Shown piece after piece: positions 10,378 through 20,185 of a stretch of 64,000 nt of DNA. Under the pieces are notes generated by a model. That model saw nothing but the letters and a program-made list of their open reading frames with translations. It did not search any database and was not told where the DNA came from. How positions within the stretch are numbered: position 1 is the first letter of the stretch; each line of letters starts with the position of its first letter. Origin of the DNA: an uncultured Gammaproteobacteria bacterium (lineage in GTDB: Bacteria > Pseudomonadota > Gammaproteobacteria > JACCXJ01); NCBI GenBank assembly GCA_963764725.1, contig CAVXTM010000018.1:224001-288000 (forward strand), read 5' to 3'. A program made the position numbers and the translations under genes.

Positions 10378-11121
10378 TTAATATTGATCTATGAACCTGG
10401 TCGTGGAGTACCAGCGGCCGAAGAAATGCCAGATAAAGTAGATGAGTATACAAATGAACCCTGAGAAGAATGCCGACACCGGCACCACGTCCTTCCCGAA
10501 GGTTCGCAACGTCCCTTTCTCGACGAAGCGGATGTACTCCGGCGTACCCGTGCGGACATAATGATAGCCTTGTATGTCGGCGATCGTCATGACCATACCG
10601 TTATACTCGACCGGCTGATGCAAGACGGCCAGCATCGACCAATTGCCCGGGTAGAATATCAGACCAAAGGCGAGGCCGCCGACGACGGCCGTGATCAAGA
10701 AGCTCTTCGACCACAGCAAGATTACGTCAAGGATGATCGCCCCTGGCACCAGCGTGGCTGCCCAGACGAAGTTGATCGGGAAATAGGTCCAACCCCAGAA
10801 ATTGAAATACCTATTAACCCACTCGCCGAAGAGCAGGCCCAGGATGGTGAAGGTCGCACCCAAGGGTAGGCGCAGTTTGTCCCACATCCAATACTGCACC
10901 GCTGCAGGGAAGGTGATGCACATGATTGGCGTCACGGTCACCCACAGACGGCGATCCTTCCAGTCGGTCCAGAAGTCCCAGTCGCCCATGGTCAGCATGG
11001 CGTGGACGTGAAATCCGCCGGTGAACACCAGGAAGGACAGGGCAAGGACCAACCAATCCGCTGTCCTCGAGGCCTGGATGATCTCGGCCTTGGTAAATAC
11101 AGTTGGTGAGAGAGAACTCAT
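10378..11121 (-). CDS. pmoA: Copper membrane monooxygenase subunit A (PmoA)
   Basis: GDWDFWTDWKDRRLW, YFNFWGWTYFP, YVRTGTPEYIR, EKGTLRTFGKDV. Confidence 0.95.
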   Translation of the reverse strand: MSSLSPTVFTKAEIIQASRTADWLVLALSFLVFTGGFHVHAMLTMGDWDFWTDWKDRRLWVTVTPIMCITFPAAVQYWMWDKLRLPLGATFTILGLLFGEWVNRYFNFWGWTYFPINFVWAATLVPGAIILDVILLWSKSFLITAVVGGLAFGLIFYPGNWSMLAVLHQPVEYNGMVMTIADIQGYHYVRTGTPEYIRFVEKGTLRTFGKDVVPVSAFFSGFICILIYFIWHFFGRWYSTTRFIDQY

Positions 11122-11316
11122 TATGTTTGCCTCCTCGTTTTGGAATTATTTTCTACTACTTACAACGCGAAAAGCCTTGTAGCCTCACGCTCCCGCTACC
11201 GGTGGTCGGTTTGGGAGCGGGCCGCTGCTCAGGGATCTCGTCGAGATCCCCTCCGCAACGGCCCATTCTCGCTACTCAGCTTTTCTTGTCGTTTTTTTTT
11301 CGGCGATGATCAGCCC

Positions 11317-12081
11317 TTAAGCACTCTTAAGCGCAGGTCCCGCCAGCTCGCTCAGGCGTCCGAAGATCTGTGACAACAGACCCATCAACCCAAGCGCCAT
11401 CCAGCCGAAGAACACGAAGCCATAGTGCAACGGGGCTACGAACAGTTCTTCCATCCACCAGAAGGTATGACCCCACTCGTTGAGGCCGACGTTCGGTAGA
11501 ATCATGAAGGGCCCGACCACTACGACCAGGTAGGGCAAGGACACACCCTTTGAGAACATCGGTATCCTTGTGCGAGCATACATGAACGCGCCCCAACCCG
11601 TGATGATGTAGATCGGGTAGCTCATATAGAACTCGATGACATGGCTTGGGGTGAAGTCCGTGTCACGGATCACCGTTTGATGCCAGGTTCCATCCTGCTC
11701 GGTGTAGAAGCTGGCGCCCCAGTAAATCGCGATTCCGTAGGCCAACAACCATACCAAGTGATGGAAGTGCCGATGCATTTCCTCGCGTGGCGTTACCGCG
11801 TCCATATCCCGAGTACGGGTCTTCCACAGGAAGGCACCGATATAGGAGAAGAACACGATCTCCAGGACCCATTCCGTGTATAAGAAATTCATCCAATAAG
11901 TCTTAAACTCAGGCGCGAAAGCGTCCAGCCCGGCCGACCACCCGTAAACCTCTTCATACCAGCGCACAAAGAGATTAAAGAAGGTGAATCCGCCGATCAT
12001 CAGCCACAGATTCCTGTGATTGAGGAAACCGGCCTTTTCCGCGGTTACAGCTCTTGATATAGCACTAGATGATGCTGCCAT
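11317..12081 (-). CDS. pmoC: Copper membrane monooxygenase subunit C (PmoC)
   Basis: EQDGTWHQTVIRDTDFTPSH, NEWGHTFW.MEELFVAPLH; ATG 12081 preceded by GGAGG. Confidence 0.95.
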   Translation of the reverse strand: MAASSSAISRAVTAEKAGFLNHRNLWLMIGGFTFFNLFVRWYEEVYGWSAGLDAFAPEFKTYWMNFLYTEWVLEIVFFSYIGAFLWKTRTRDMDAVTPREEMHRHFHHLVWLLAYGIAIYWGASFYTEQDGTWHQTVIRDTDFTPSHVIEFYMSYPIYIITGWGAFMYARTRIPMFSKGVSLPYLVVVVGPFMILPNVGLNEWGHTFWWMEELFVAPLHYGFVFFGWMALGLMGLLSQIFGRLSELAGPALKSA

Positions 12082-12216
12082 TTTATTGCCTCCTACTTTT
12101 TGGTTTACTACCCACTCCAACCCGGCGCTGCCCCGGGTGTGAAGTTCTTCTCTCGGCTTTAGTATTTGTCCCGCTCTGTCTCGACGCTGAGATAAAAGAA
12201 CGCCGAAGATTGAATA

Positions 12217-12244
12217 AGTCTACCAAGCCAGGCAAGTATGTCAA
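12217..12244 (-). promoter_or_regulatory. Putative sigma70 promoter of pmoCAB
   Basis: TTGACA-16 nt-TAGACT on the minus strand, ~135 nt upstream of pmoC. Confidence 0.6.
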
Positions 12245-12468
12245 GCGAGCCAAACGCATATTTCCACACGGTCGAAACCGCGCGGTTGCTTACCTGTTTT
12301 CCTGCCGAGAAACACATTATAAGGCTAATTGGTGATGGATTAACGACTTGGAAGATCCTAGAAATCAGGTCGCTCAGCGTAGATGCGGTAGCGGGCTCGC
12401 AAGCCTTTTCCGGGACGGGAAAAGTAAACGAAATTTAATCTTGTATGTAATCCCACGGGCACGGGGAC

Positions 12469-12903
12469 TCAGGCCGTGGCGATGTAGTCCCGGAGCGCGC
12501 TCGCCTCGGCTTCGATTTCTTCCATGCGGCCTTTCACGGCGTCACCCACGCTTACAATCCCGCACAGCCGCCCGTCCTTATCGGTGACCGGGAGGTGCCG
12601 GACGCGGCGATCCGTCATCATCGCCATGACCTTGAGCAGGGAGTCTTGAAGGCTGCAGGTCACGACGTCGATGTGCATTAGCGCGTCGATTGGCATAAGC
12701 AGTACTTCCGCACCATGCGCGGAAAGCCCGTGCACGATATCGCGCTCGGAGAGCACCGCCCGCGGGCGTTGTTGGGGATCGCAGACGACAATCGCGCCGA
12801 TACGCTCCCGCATCAGCAGCTTGGCGGCATCGGCGATCGTCTCATCCGCGCCTACCGTGACGACGCGCGCGCCCTTGGTCCGAAGAATATCTTCTACTTT
12901 CAT
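12469..12903 (-). CDS. CBS-pair domain protein
   Basis: IGAIVV, LSERDIV, RVRHLPV, GIVSVGDAVK. Confidence 0.9.
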   Translation of the reverse strand: MKVEDILRTKGARVVTVGADETIADAAKLLMRERIGAIVVCDPQQRPRAVLSERDIVHGLSAHGAEVLLMPIDALMHIDVVTCSLQDSLLKVMAMMTDRRVRHLPVTDKDGRLCGIVSVGDAVKGRMEEIEAEASALRDYIATA

Positions 12904-13027
12904 ACGCTACCCCGCTCGGCACCCACCGTGCCTATCTGGTGTTGTTTTAGCACAAATCGGCTGCGATTCCGCTCAAGAATATCGCGGCAAACGATTATAA
13001 ACCGCCGGACGGGTGCGGAGGAGGCGA

Positions 13028-14191
13028 TCAAGAAGAGATTACGCTCGTATAAACCCGCTCGAAATCCTCGACCACACGCTCGGCATCGTAGGTCCGTACC
13101 GATTCGCGCGCGTATTCACCCATTCTTTCGCGCCGTCCAGCGTCTAACAGCAACGTGGCAATGCCCCCGGCCAGCGCGCGCGGATTGCCGGGCTCTACGA
13201 TGAACCCATTGCCGCCTTGGCGCAGGATCTCCGGTACCCCGCCGGCGTTCGCGCCGACAACCGGCAGGCCCAAGGCCATCGCTTCCAGAAACACCAGCGG
13301 CTGCACCTCGGTGGTGGATGCGGAAGCAAAGACATCAGCGGCGGCGATGTGGTCCACGAGGTCCTGCCCAGTTAATATTCCCGCCCAGATCACATGGTCC
13401 GCTAACCCCAGCGCGTGGCCCAGGGCCTCCAAGTGGGAGCGGTCCTTACCGTCCCCGATCACCAAAAGGTGGGCATCCACGCCGTTTTGCCTCAGGTGAC
13501 TAAAGGCCTCAAGTAAAACATCCACGCTTTTTTGCTGCACCAGCCGCCCGACGTGAACGGCCGTTGGCCGGGTCATGCCGAAACGGCGCTTAAGGTCCGG
13601 TTTCGACGCGCTCCCCGAAAAGCACTTTAGACTGATCGGGTTGGAGACGACGTGCACCGGCTGCCGCATTCTGTGGCCGAGAAGCTCCCGCTTTAGGGCT
13701 TCGGCGGGCGTGATGACGGCGTTGCAGCGGTTGTAATAGAAGGCTAGATACCGCCGGGTGAGATCCTTTGCAAGCGCGAAATCGAGCCCGAAGTTATTTA
13801 GGTACTCGGCGAGAAACCCGTGATGGGATCCGACGAGCGGGCATTTCAACAGCTTCGCAACCCACACCGCCTCCACGCCCATCGTAAAGATCGTATGCAG
13901 ATGAATAACATCCGCTTGGAAACGGCGCACGGCGTTCAGCGGTCCCACCAGCGAGGGCACGCGCGCCTGAATATGCGCGAATCCCGGAAGGGCCACGGAG
14001 GGAAACGGGTGAACCGGGATGCGCGCATCCAGATCGGACGTCGCGTGACCGTTCGCGAGCTTACTCACATCCATCGTAAAAACCGCCACGGAATGGCCGC
14101 GTTCCACCAACTGGTTGGCGGTTGTTACGATCGATCGGACCACTCCATTGATCTGGGGCAGAAACGTGTCGGTAAAAATCGCGATTCGCAT
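13028..14191 (-). CDS. GT4 glycosyltransferase (diacylglycerol glycosyltransferase-like)
   Basis: MRIAIFTDTFLPQINGV, GRLVQQK, E..PLVFLEAMALGLPVV. Confidence 0.88.
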   Translation of the reverse strand: MRIAIFTDTFLPQINGVVRSIVTTANQLVERGHSVAVFTMDVSKLANGHATSDLDARIPVHPFPSVALPGFAHIQARVPSLVGPLNAVRRFQADVIHLHTIFTMGVEAVWVAKLLKCPLVGSHHGFLAEYLNNFGLDFALAKDLTRRYLAFYYNRCNAVITPAEALKRELLGHRMRQPVHVVSNPISLKCFSGSASKPDLKRRFGMTRPTAVHVGRLVQQKSVDVLLEAFSHLRQNGVDAHLLVIGDGKDRSHLEALGHALGLADHVIWAGILTGQDLVDHIAAADVFASASTTEVQPLVFLEAMALGLPVVGANAGGVPEILRQGGNGFIVEPGNPRALAGGIATLLLDAGRRERMGEYARESVRTYDAERVVEDFERVYTSVISS

Positions 14192-14228
14192 CGTGTATTC
14201 GAGTCCCGGATCAGCGCGACTTGACACC

Positions 14229-17160
14229 TCAAGCGGATCCCAATTCTAGCTGGTCGTTTAGATTCTGACACGAGCGGTACAAGGTGAGCACCTCGGGCGC
14301 CGCGGAAAACGAGGCGATCACCTGCTCGAAGGGGCACCCCGGGGCGAGCAGCTGCGGCAACTCTTGCGACAGCTCCAAGATATGCACGCCATGCTTTCTC
14401 GCCGCCACCAGATAATACAGATAATGCACGGCGCGGATGGCGAGCTTGGGGTCTTGCAAGGCGTCGAGAATGGGGGTCAGGAAGGCGAGCTGCAATGAAC
14501 GTGAGCGCGTGTCCACGAGCCATTGATCGCCTTGCCGGCAGCACACCATTGGCAGAGCCTTGATGGTCTCGGGGTCGCTGAAACCGATCTCGGGCCACGG
14601 CGTCTCCGGAGCGAGCATGCCGAATAATCCGGCGAACGCTTTTTGATAGCACCAGGCGAGGCTGGATGCCACCGCATCGTCAACCGGCGCGGTCTCGGGA
14701 TTCGAAAAAACACGCAGCTTCGGTAAGAGCGCCCGGCGAATATCGCCGACAGAGGCGTCTCCGGGGCCATTCACCAGCACCCGGTAGCCCAAACCGGCAA
14801 TGAGCACGACCCGCGAAAGGGCCTCGAAACGCGGCAATTCATCGAGCAGGCGCTGGAGCGCTCGCGGCTCGATTCCCGTCTGCGTCCAGGCCAGGAACGC
14901 GATGAGGTTGCCCGTGATGTAGGTGTTTCCGGAGTGCCGCCAGGCCTCCAGCACCGCGGCGGCCCGTTCCTCGGTAATGGTCTCGCCGCGGAAGCACTCT
15001 CCCGCCATGCGGTAGATATGGGAGTTGAACGCGGTGACACCGAAGTCCTCAACATTTCGCCAGCGTAGACACAGGACAAAGTACTGGGCCAGGAGAAACT
15101 CCTGCCAACTTCGGTGACTGAAACGCACGTTGTTCGGGCCCGTCGACACGAACACCGTGCGTTGCAGAATGGCTCCCGCTCCCTCGGCAACCTGGCGGAA
15201 TCCGGCGATGATATCGGCGGTCTCCGCTCAGGACCCCCAGCGTGCGAAAATGCCCTTCCCAGCGTTCCCCCGCCCTCTTCGCTTCCTCGCTTAACGCCCC
15301 CGCGTCGGCCTCGCCGCGATGGGTGGAGAAAAACAGCCAGGCGATCAAGCTGAGCGCATGGAGCAAGTGGTCGATCTCCGTCGCCTCGCGCCCTGGTAGG
15401 CGCAATCCGACGAGATTGCTGCGCCGTAACACCGTTCGGATCGTCTGGTCCATGATTGCGGCTGGGGTGAGCCATTGCGTCTGGCTGAGATCCTCCATTT
15501 CGGGTTCGAAGTTGGAAAGGATGAGCGGCGTGAGCACGAGATCCAGCAGGTTTCGGTCTTGCACGTACGGTAACCAGCCTTGGCAGGCTGGAAAAACCTC
15601 GCTTGCCTGGGCAATGCTGAGCCGCAAGACCTCATGCACGTCCTTGGGATCGCTCGCCAAGCGCTCCAGCCCGTGGAAACCGCTACGGATGGCGACCACC
15701 ACGGAGAACCGCCGGTTCTCACCATAGCGGGCGCACACGTTTCTCAACATAGCGACAAAGAACGACAATCCGATGGCGGGGTGATTGACCAGGAAATCAT
15801 CCACGCCGTCCAGAATCACCGCGGTGGCGCGGGTGTGAAATGATTGCTCGACCCAGCCGGTGTCGATCGGCTGATCGGGATAGAGACTGCGCGCCCAACG
15901 CGCCCACCAAGCCCATAATGCGTCCCAAGCGCTCTCGTCCAGCGCTTCCTCTTTCGCTAGATTAATCTGCTGCATAGGGATAAGCAGTGGGAAAGGCGTC
16001 TCATCGCGCGGATCGGCAAGGTAAAGTCGTCCTAGGCGCCAGGCCACCCTGCGTGCGACGGCCGACTTCCCGACGCCCGCTCCGCCAGTGATGACCAGGC
16101 GCTGCGAGCCTCCGCTACGCGCGAGGAGTTTATCAACGACCAGCTCGCAGACGTCGCTCTGACTTCCTTGTGAAACGCTACGTTTCTGCAGGGAAATGCG
16201 TCCGTCGGCCCGTTCATCGGGCTTCCCGATCAAGGTCTGTACTCCCGTGACACGATTCACCTCGGCGATCCGCATCAAGCTGCGTTCTACCAGGTCGAGC
16301 GCGAAATGGCGGATATAGCGGCCAGCGAACCGCGCCGTAATCGTCACTATCGGATCATTCGCGTGCTTCGGCACCTTGACGGAACCGTGGGTACCGCGAA
16401 AATAGATGTTGCGTTCCTGAGGATTCGCCTCGATGGGAACGGAAAGGTCCGATTTGGCGAATAAATCGTGGACTACAGGGGCAGGAAGATCCAATGCTGC
16501 TGCGTGCTGTATTTGCCCGATGAATTCGCGCTCCAGCGCAAGCAACCAAGGGTTTTGTCTGCGCAACGCCGGTAAGATGTCGTTTCTGCCCCAGTCCTTA
16601 TCGCCCTGGGTGATGAACCGCACGCCGTAGAGAAACGGCAGCAAGACCGGGTAAAGGATAAGCTTATAGAGCCAAGCGCCACCGCCGGTTAGGATGCGAG
16701 AGCCGCCCGCATGCGGGACCGCGATATTGATCACCCTCCGAGTGCGTAACCATACCGATTGCGAGCTGGCGAAGTCGAAGCGCCGATTCTGCATTTGCTC
16801 TTGAATTGCCCGGTAAGCATCGCGCAACATATGCTTGACGACCAGTCCGCCGGTGCTGTGGGTGACGAATAAGAGGTGACGATAATCGCCGAATTGCGTC
16901 TCCAGCCAAGTCCGCAAATCGTCGGATGCTTGAGGAATGCTGCTCCGCTGCCAGAGCTGCGCCGGATACTGGAACGAGGCCACCTCCGTGTCCTGTCCCG
17001 CGGTTTCGAGAACCCATTCGGGCATTCGGCCCCACGTATCGCTACAGTCCCCGAAGATGCCGTGTGCGAAAACGATCAGCACCCCCGGGCCTCGCCCACC
17101 GCTTCGGCGCACGGGGGTGTGCACCACGCCATAGCGGCCCGTCTCGGTCCAAAAGCTCAT
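14229..17160 (-). pseudogene. Alpha/beta-hydrolase-NACHT (STAND) protein split by one frameshift near 15225-15240
   Basis: HGIFG and THSTGG (hydrolase); GGAGVGKS (Walker A), ILDGVDD (Walker B); FSHRSWQEFL in the second frame. Confidence 0.7.
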
Positions 17161-17188
17161 GTCAGACCGCCTTGCCGCCCGCCCTCAT

Positions 17189-17213
17189 AAAAAAGGGAGG
17201 CAAGTTGCCTCCC
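17189..17213 (-). terminator. Intrinsic terminator after the outer-membrane barrel gene
   Basis: Minus strand GGGAGGCA-ACT-TGCCTCCC followed by T6. Confidence 0.8.
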
Positions 17214-17240
17214 TCTCTCCCTCTTAAATGTAACAACGGA

Positions 17241-18314
17241 TTAGAAGGTGAACCCGAGATAACCACCGATGGTCCAGAAATCGAAGTCTTTGTCCGTACT
17301 GCCGAAATTAGCTTGACTAAGTAGAGGAGCGAGGGCCGGGGTTTGAGAAATTTCCCTTCTCAGCACCGCCTCGGTATCGTTCTCCGTGTTGCTTATGCCG
17401 GCCACCAGGTGGTAACGGCCGTCGATCCCGAACTTGAGCCCGGGGATGATCTCGTACTCGACACCGGCCCCGAACTGCACCCCGACGTCAAGGTAGGTTG
17501 CTCCGTCCGAGGGCGGGCTGATGACATGGAAATCGAGCCCCGCGGGGATGATCCAAGGCCGGAGCTTGCTGCCTTGCATGAACTTGATCTTGGGCGAGGC
17601 GCTCACGGTGAACATCGTTTGCACCTGATCACCCGTGATCAAGCAATCGCCAGGGCCGTTAAGCTGCAAGACACCGAAGTGTGGCTGGCCCGTCAGCAGC
17701 GAGCACTCGGCGGCGGGCACGACGAGCACCGCGTCCTCGCCCCCGAAGTTTTTATACTCGAGGCTGATCTCACCGAGGGCCTCGGCACCCGGAAAGAGCC
17801 CCCAGAGGTCATCGGTCATGCTATGCTCGATAGCGGCACCGACATACCAGCCATCCTTCGCATCTTGCGACGGAAAGCCCAACAGATCGGCGAATCCATC
17901 CACGTTATGGACATCCGTGAACGACTCGAATCCGCGCGCATCGCCCACGTAGTCCGTGTAACCGCCGCGGAAGAACACCAGGTTCTTATTCGTGCGTTTC
18001 GGCGGCGCCGTCTCGACCTTGGTGACCCGCTCTTCCAGCGCCTTGTGCTCGCTCGTGTCCTGAGCGTCCATATCCTCCAGCTGTCGTTGCTGCGCGCCCT
18101 CACCCGCTCGCATATCCTGAAGCTCCTGCTGCAGCGCCCTCATCTCCTCCTGCATCTTTTGCAGGCGATGCTGCAACTCGCCCACCCGATCCTGGGCGGC
18201 TGCCGTTTGCGGATAGACAGACGCTACCGCCGGTAACGCGAGCCCGGCGACCATACCGTGTAATAAATTTTCCCACCCTCGTTTCATAGCGACCCCCTTG
18301 TTTATGTGAACCAT
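17241..18314 (-). CDS. Outer-membrane beta-barrel protein with N-terminal coiled coil
   Basis: Signal peptide, heptad-rich segment, amphipathic strands, C-terminal YLGFTF. Confidence 0.75.
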   Translation of the reverse strand: MVHINKGVAMKRGWENLLHGMVAGLALPAVASVYPQTAAAQDRVGELQHRLQKMQEEMRALQQELQDMRAGEGAQQRQLEDMDAQDTSEHKALEERVTKVETAPPKRTNKNLVFFRGGYTDYVGDARGFESFTDVHNVDGFADLLGFPSQDAKDGWYVGAAIEHSMTDDLWGLFPGAEALGEISLEYKNFGGEDAVLVVPAAECSLLTGQPHFGVLQLNGPGDCLITGDQVQTMFTVSASPKIKFMQGSKLRPWIIPAGLDFHVISPPSDGATYLDVGVQFGAGVEYEIIPGLKFGIDGRYHLVAGISNTENDTEAVLRREISQTPALAPLLSQANFGSTDKDFDFWTIGGYLGFTF

Positions 18315-18376
18315 AGCGCTTTGGTTTCTGTTGTAATAATGCTACATCGCCGATAAACCAAACGTAGGTGAACCTT

Positions 18377-18406
18377 AGCCTACAAAAAGCTCCGTGTATC
18401 TGTCAA
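18377..18406 (-). promoter_or_regulatory. Putative sigma70 promoter of the barrel gene
   Basis: TTGACA-18 nt-TAGGCT on the minus strand. Confidence 0.4.
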
Positions 18407-18503
18407 GAGTGTTCAAAACCTACGCGACCCCGCTCCTGTTCATAGGTCATAAACAACACCCTGGCAGAAAACACACTTTCGCTGTTGGATCTATGCAACC
18501 CGC

Positions 18504-19877
18504 TCACAGGGCTTTCACCCCCTGGATGAGCTCCGAAGCCATCTTCTGTCCGTCCCCGTAGAGCATGCGGCAGTTGTCGGCGTAAAAGAGCGTGTTCTCG
18601 ACGCCCGAGAAGCCTGTCCCCCGGCCGCGCTTGATGACAATGACGTTCCTGGCCTTATCGGCATCGAGGATCGGCATTCCGTAGATGGGACTCGACTTGT
18701 TGGTGCGCGCATCGGGATTCACCACGTCGTTGGCACCGATAATCAAGGCCACGTCCGCTTGCGGAAACTCGGCATTGATTTCCTCGAGGTCATAAATCTT
18801 ATCGTAAGGCACCCCGGCCTCGGCCAACAGCACGTTCATATGCCCCGGCATACGGCCCGCCACCGGGTGGATGGCAAACTTGACCTTCACGCCACGCTCC
18901 TCCAAAAGCACGGTCAGTTCCCAGATCTTGTGCTGGGCCTGGGCTACGGCCATACCATATCCGGGAACGATGATTACCCTCTCCGCGAAGGCCATCATCA
19001 CCGCAACGTCGCTGGCCTCGATGGCCTTCATGCTGCCCGCCATCGCCTCCGTGCTTATTTGGGTCTCGACTGTGCCGAGACCGGAAAACAACACGTTGGT
19101 GAGCGAGCGGTTCATGGCCTTGGCCATCAATTGCGTGAGCAAGGTACCGGCCGCGCCCACCACGGTACCCGCGATGATCATGGCGGCGTTGTCGAGCACC
19201 AAGCCTTCGAAAGCAACCGCGAGTCCCGTCAAGGCGTTATAGAGCGAGATGAGCACCGGCATGTCCGCACCGCCGATGGGCATGGTCATGATCACGCCGA
19301 AAGCGAGCGCGAGCAGGAAAAACACCAGGATGATGGCAACGAACGGCTTGCCTATCACCATGAATAAACCGAGCGCCCCGAGAGCGCCCAGCACGTAGAT
19401 ATTAATCTGCTTTTGCTTGTCTTTCGGGAACAACCCACCGCGCTTGACCAGGTCCTGGAGCTTGCCGAAGGCAACCAGCGAGCCCGAGAACGACACGGCG
19501 CCGATCGCTCCACCGATCGCGGCGAGCCCGAGGGCGACAAAGCCATGCGTCTCGCCCTTCAGCAGCTCCACGGCGCCGATGGCCGCCGCGGCCCCCCCGC
19601 CCATGCCGTTGTACAAGGCGATCATCTCGGGCATCGCGGTCATCGGTACGCGTTTGCCCGAGACCCACGCGGCGCCGGAGCCGATCGCGATGGCCGTGAT
19701 CATCAGGAGGTAGTTCTGCATGCCGGACCAAAAGAAGGTGATGAGGATCGCGACCCCCATACCCGCGCCGGCCCACACGATCCCATCCCGTGCGGTAACG
19801 GGCGAGCTCATGCGCTTTAATCCCAGAATAAACAGGACCGCGGCGCTAAAGTAGGCGAGTTGGATGAGCGTATTCAT
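18504..19877 (-). CDS. pntB: NAD(P) transhydrogenase beta subunit
   Basis: PIGGADMPV, VPGYGMAVAQAQ, HPVAGRMPGHMNVLLAEA, GANDVVNP. Confidence 0.97.
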   Translation of the reverse strand: MNTLIQLAYFSAAVLFILGLKRMSSPVTARDGIVWAGAGMGVAILITFFWSGMQNYLLMITAIAIGSGAAWVSGKRVPMTAMPEMIALYNGMGGGAAAAIGAVELLKGETHGFVALGLAAIGGAIGAVSFSGSLVAFGKLQDLVKRGGLFPKDKQKQINIYVLGALGALGLFMVIGKPFVAIILVFFLLALAFGVIMTMPIGGADMPVLISLYNALTGLAVAFEGLVLDNAAMIIAGTVVGAAGTLLTQLMAKAMNRSLTNVLFSGLGTVETQISTEAMAGSMKAIEASDVAVMMAFAERVIIVPGYGMAVAQAQHKIWELTVLLEERGVKVKFAIHPVAGRMPGHMNVLLAEAGVPYDKIYDLEEINAEFPQADVALIIGANDVVNPDARTNKSSPIYGMPILDADKARNVIVIKRGRGTGFSGVENTLFYADNCRMLYGDGQKMASELIQGVKAL

Positions 19878-19886
19878 TGGTTTTCC

Positions 19887-20183
19887 TTACTTGTTCTTCT
19901 TGCTGCTCTTAAACATTTCGAGCATACGTTCGGTCACCACATAACCGCCAACCACATTACCGGCGGCTAGGGTTACACCAATAAACCCGATCGCCAACTC
20001 GAGCGTGCTGCTGGGATCCGCTTTACCCAAGGCGACCATGGCGCCGACCAGCACGATTCCGTGCACGAAGTTCGAGCCGGACATGAGCGGGGTATGCAAA
20101 ATCACCGGGACACGGCTGATGACCTCGTAACCCGTAAAGGCCGCCAGCATGAAGATGTAAAGTGCCACGAAGCCCTCGATCAT
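19887..20183 (-). CDS. pntAB: NAD(P) transhydrogenase alpha subunit part 2
   Basis: LHTPLMSGSN, NVVGGYVVTERMLEMF. Confidence 0.93.
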   Translation of the reverse strand: MIEGFVALYIFMLAAFTGYEVISRVPVILHTPLMSGSNFVHGIVLVGAMVALGKADPSSTLELAIGFIGVTLAAGNVVGGYVVTERMLEMFKSSKKNK

Positions 20184-20185
20184 TG

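Noticed and set aside
9078-12081. pxmABC or betaproteobacterial amoCAB
   Set aside because: Order is C-A-B rather than A-B-C, and PmoA has gammaproteobacterial-type motifs (EYIR.VEKGTLRTFGKDV) rather than EYVR.IEQGSLRTFGGH
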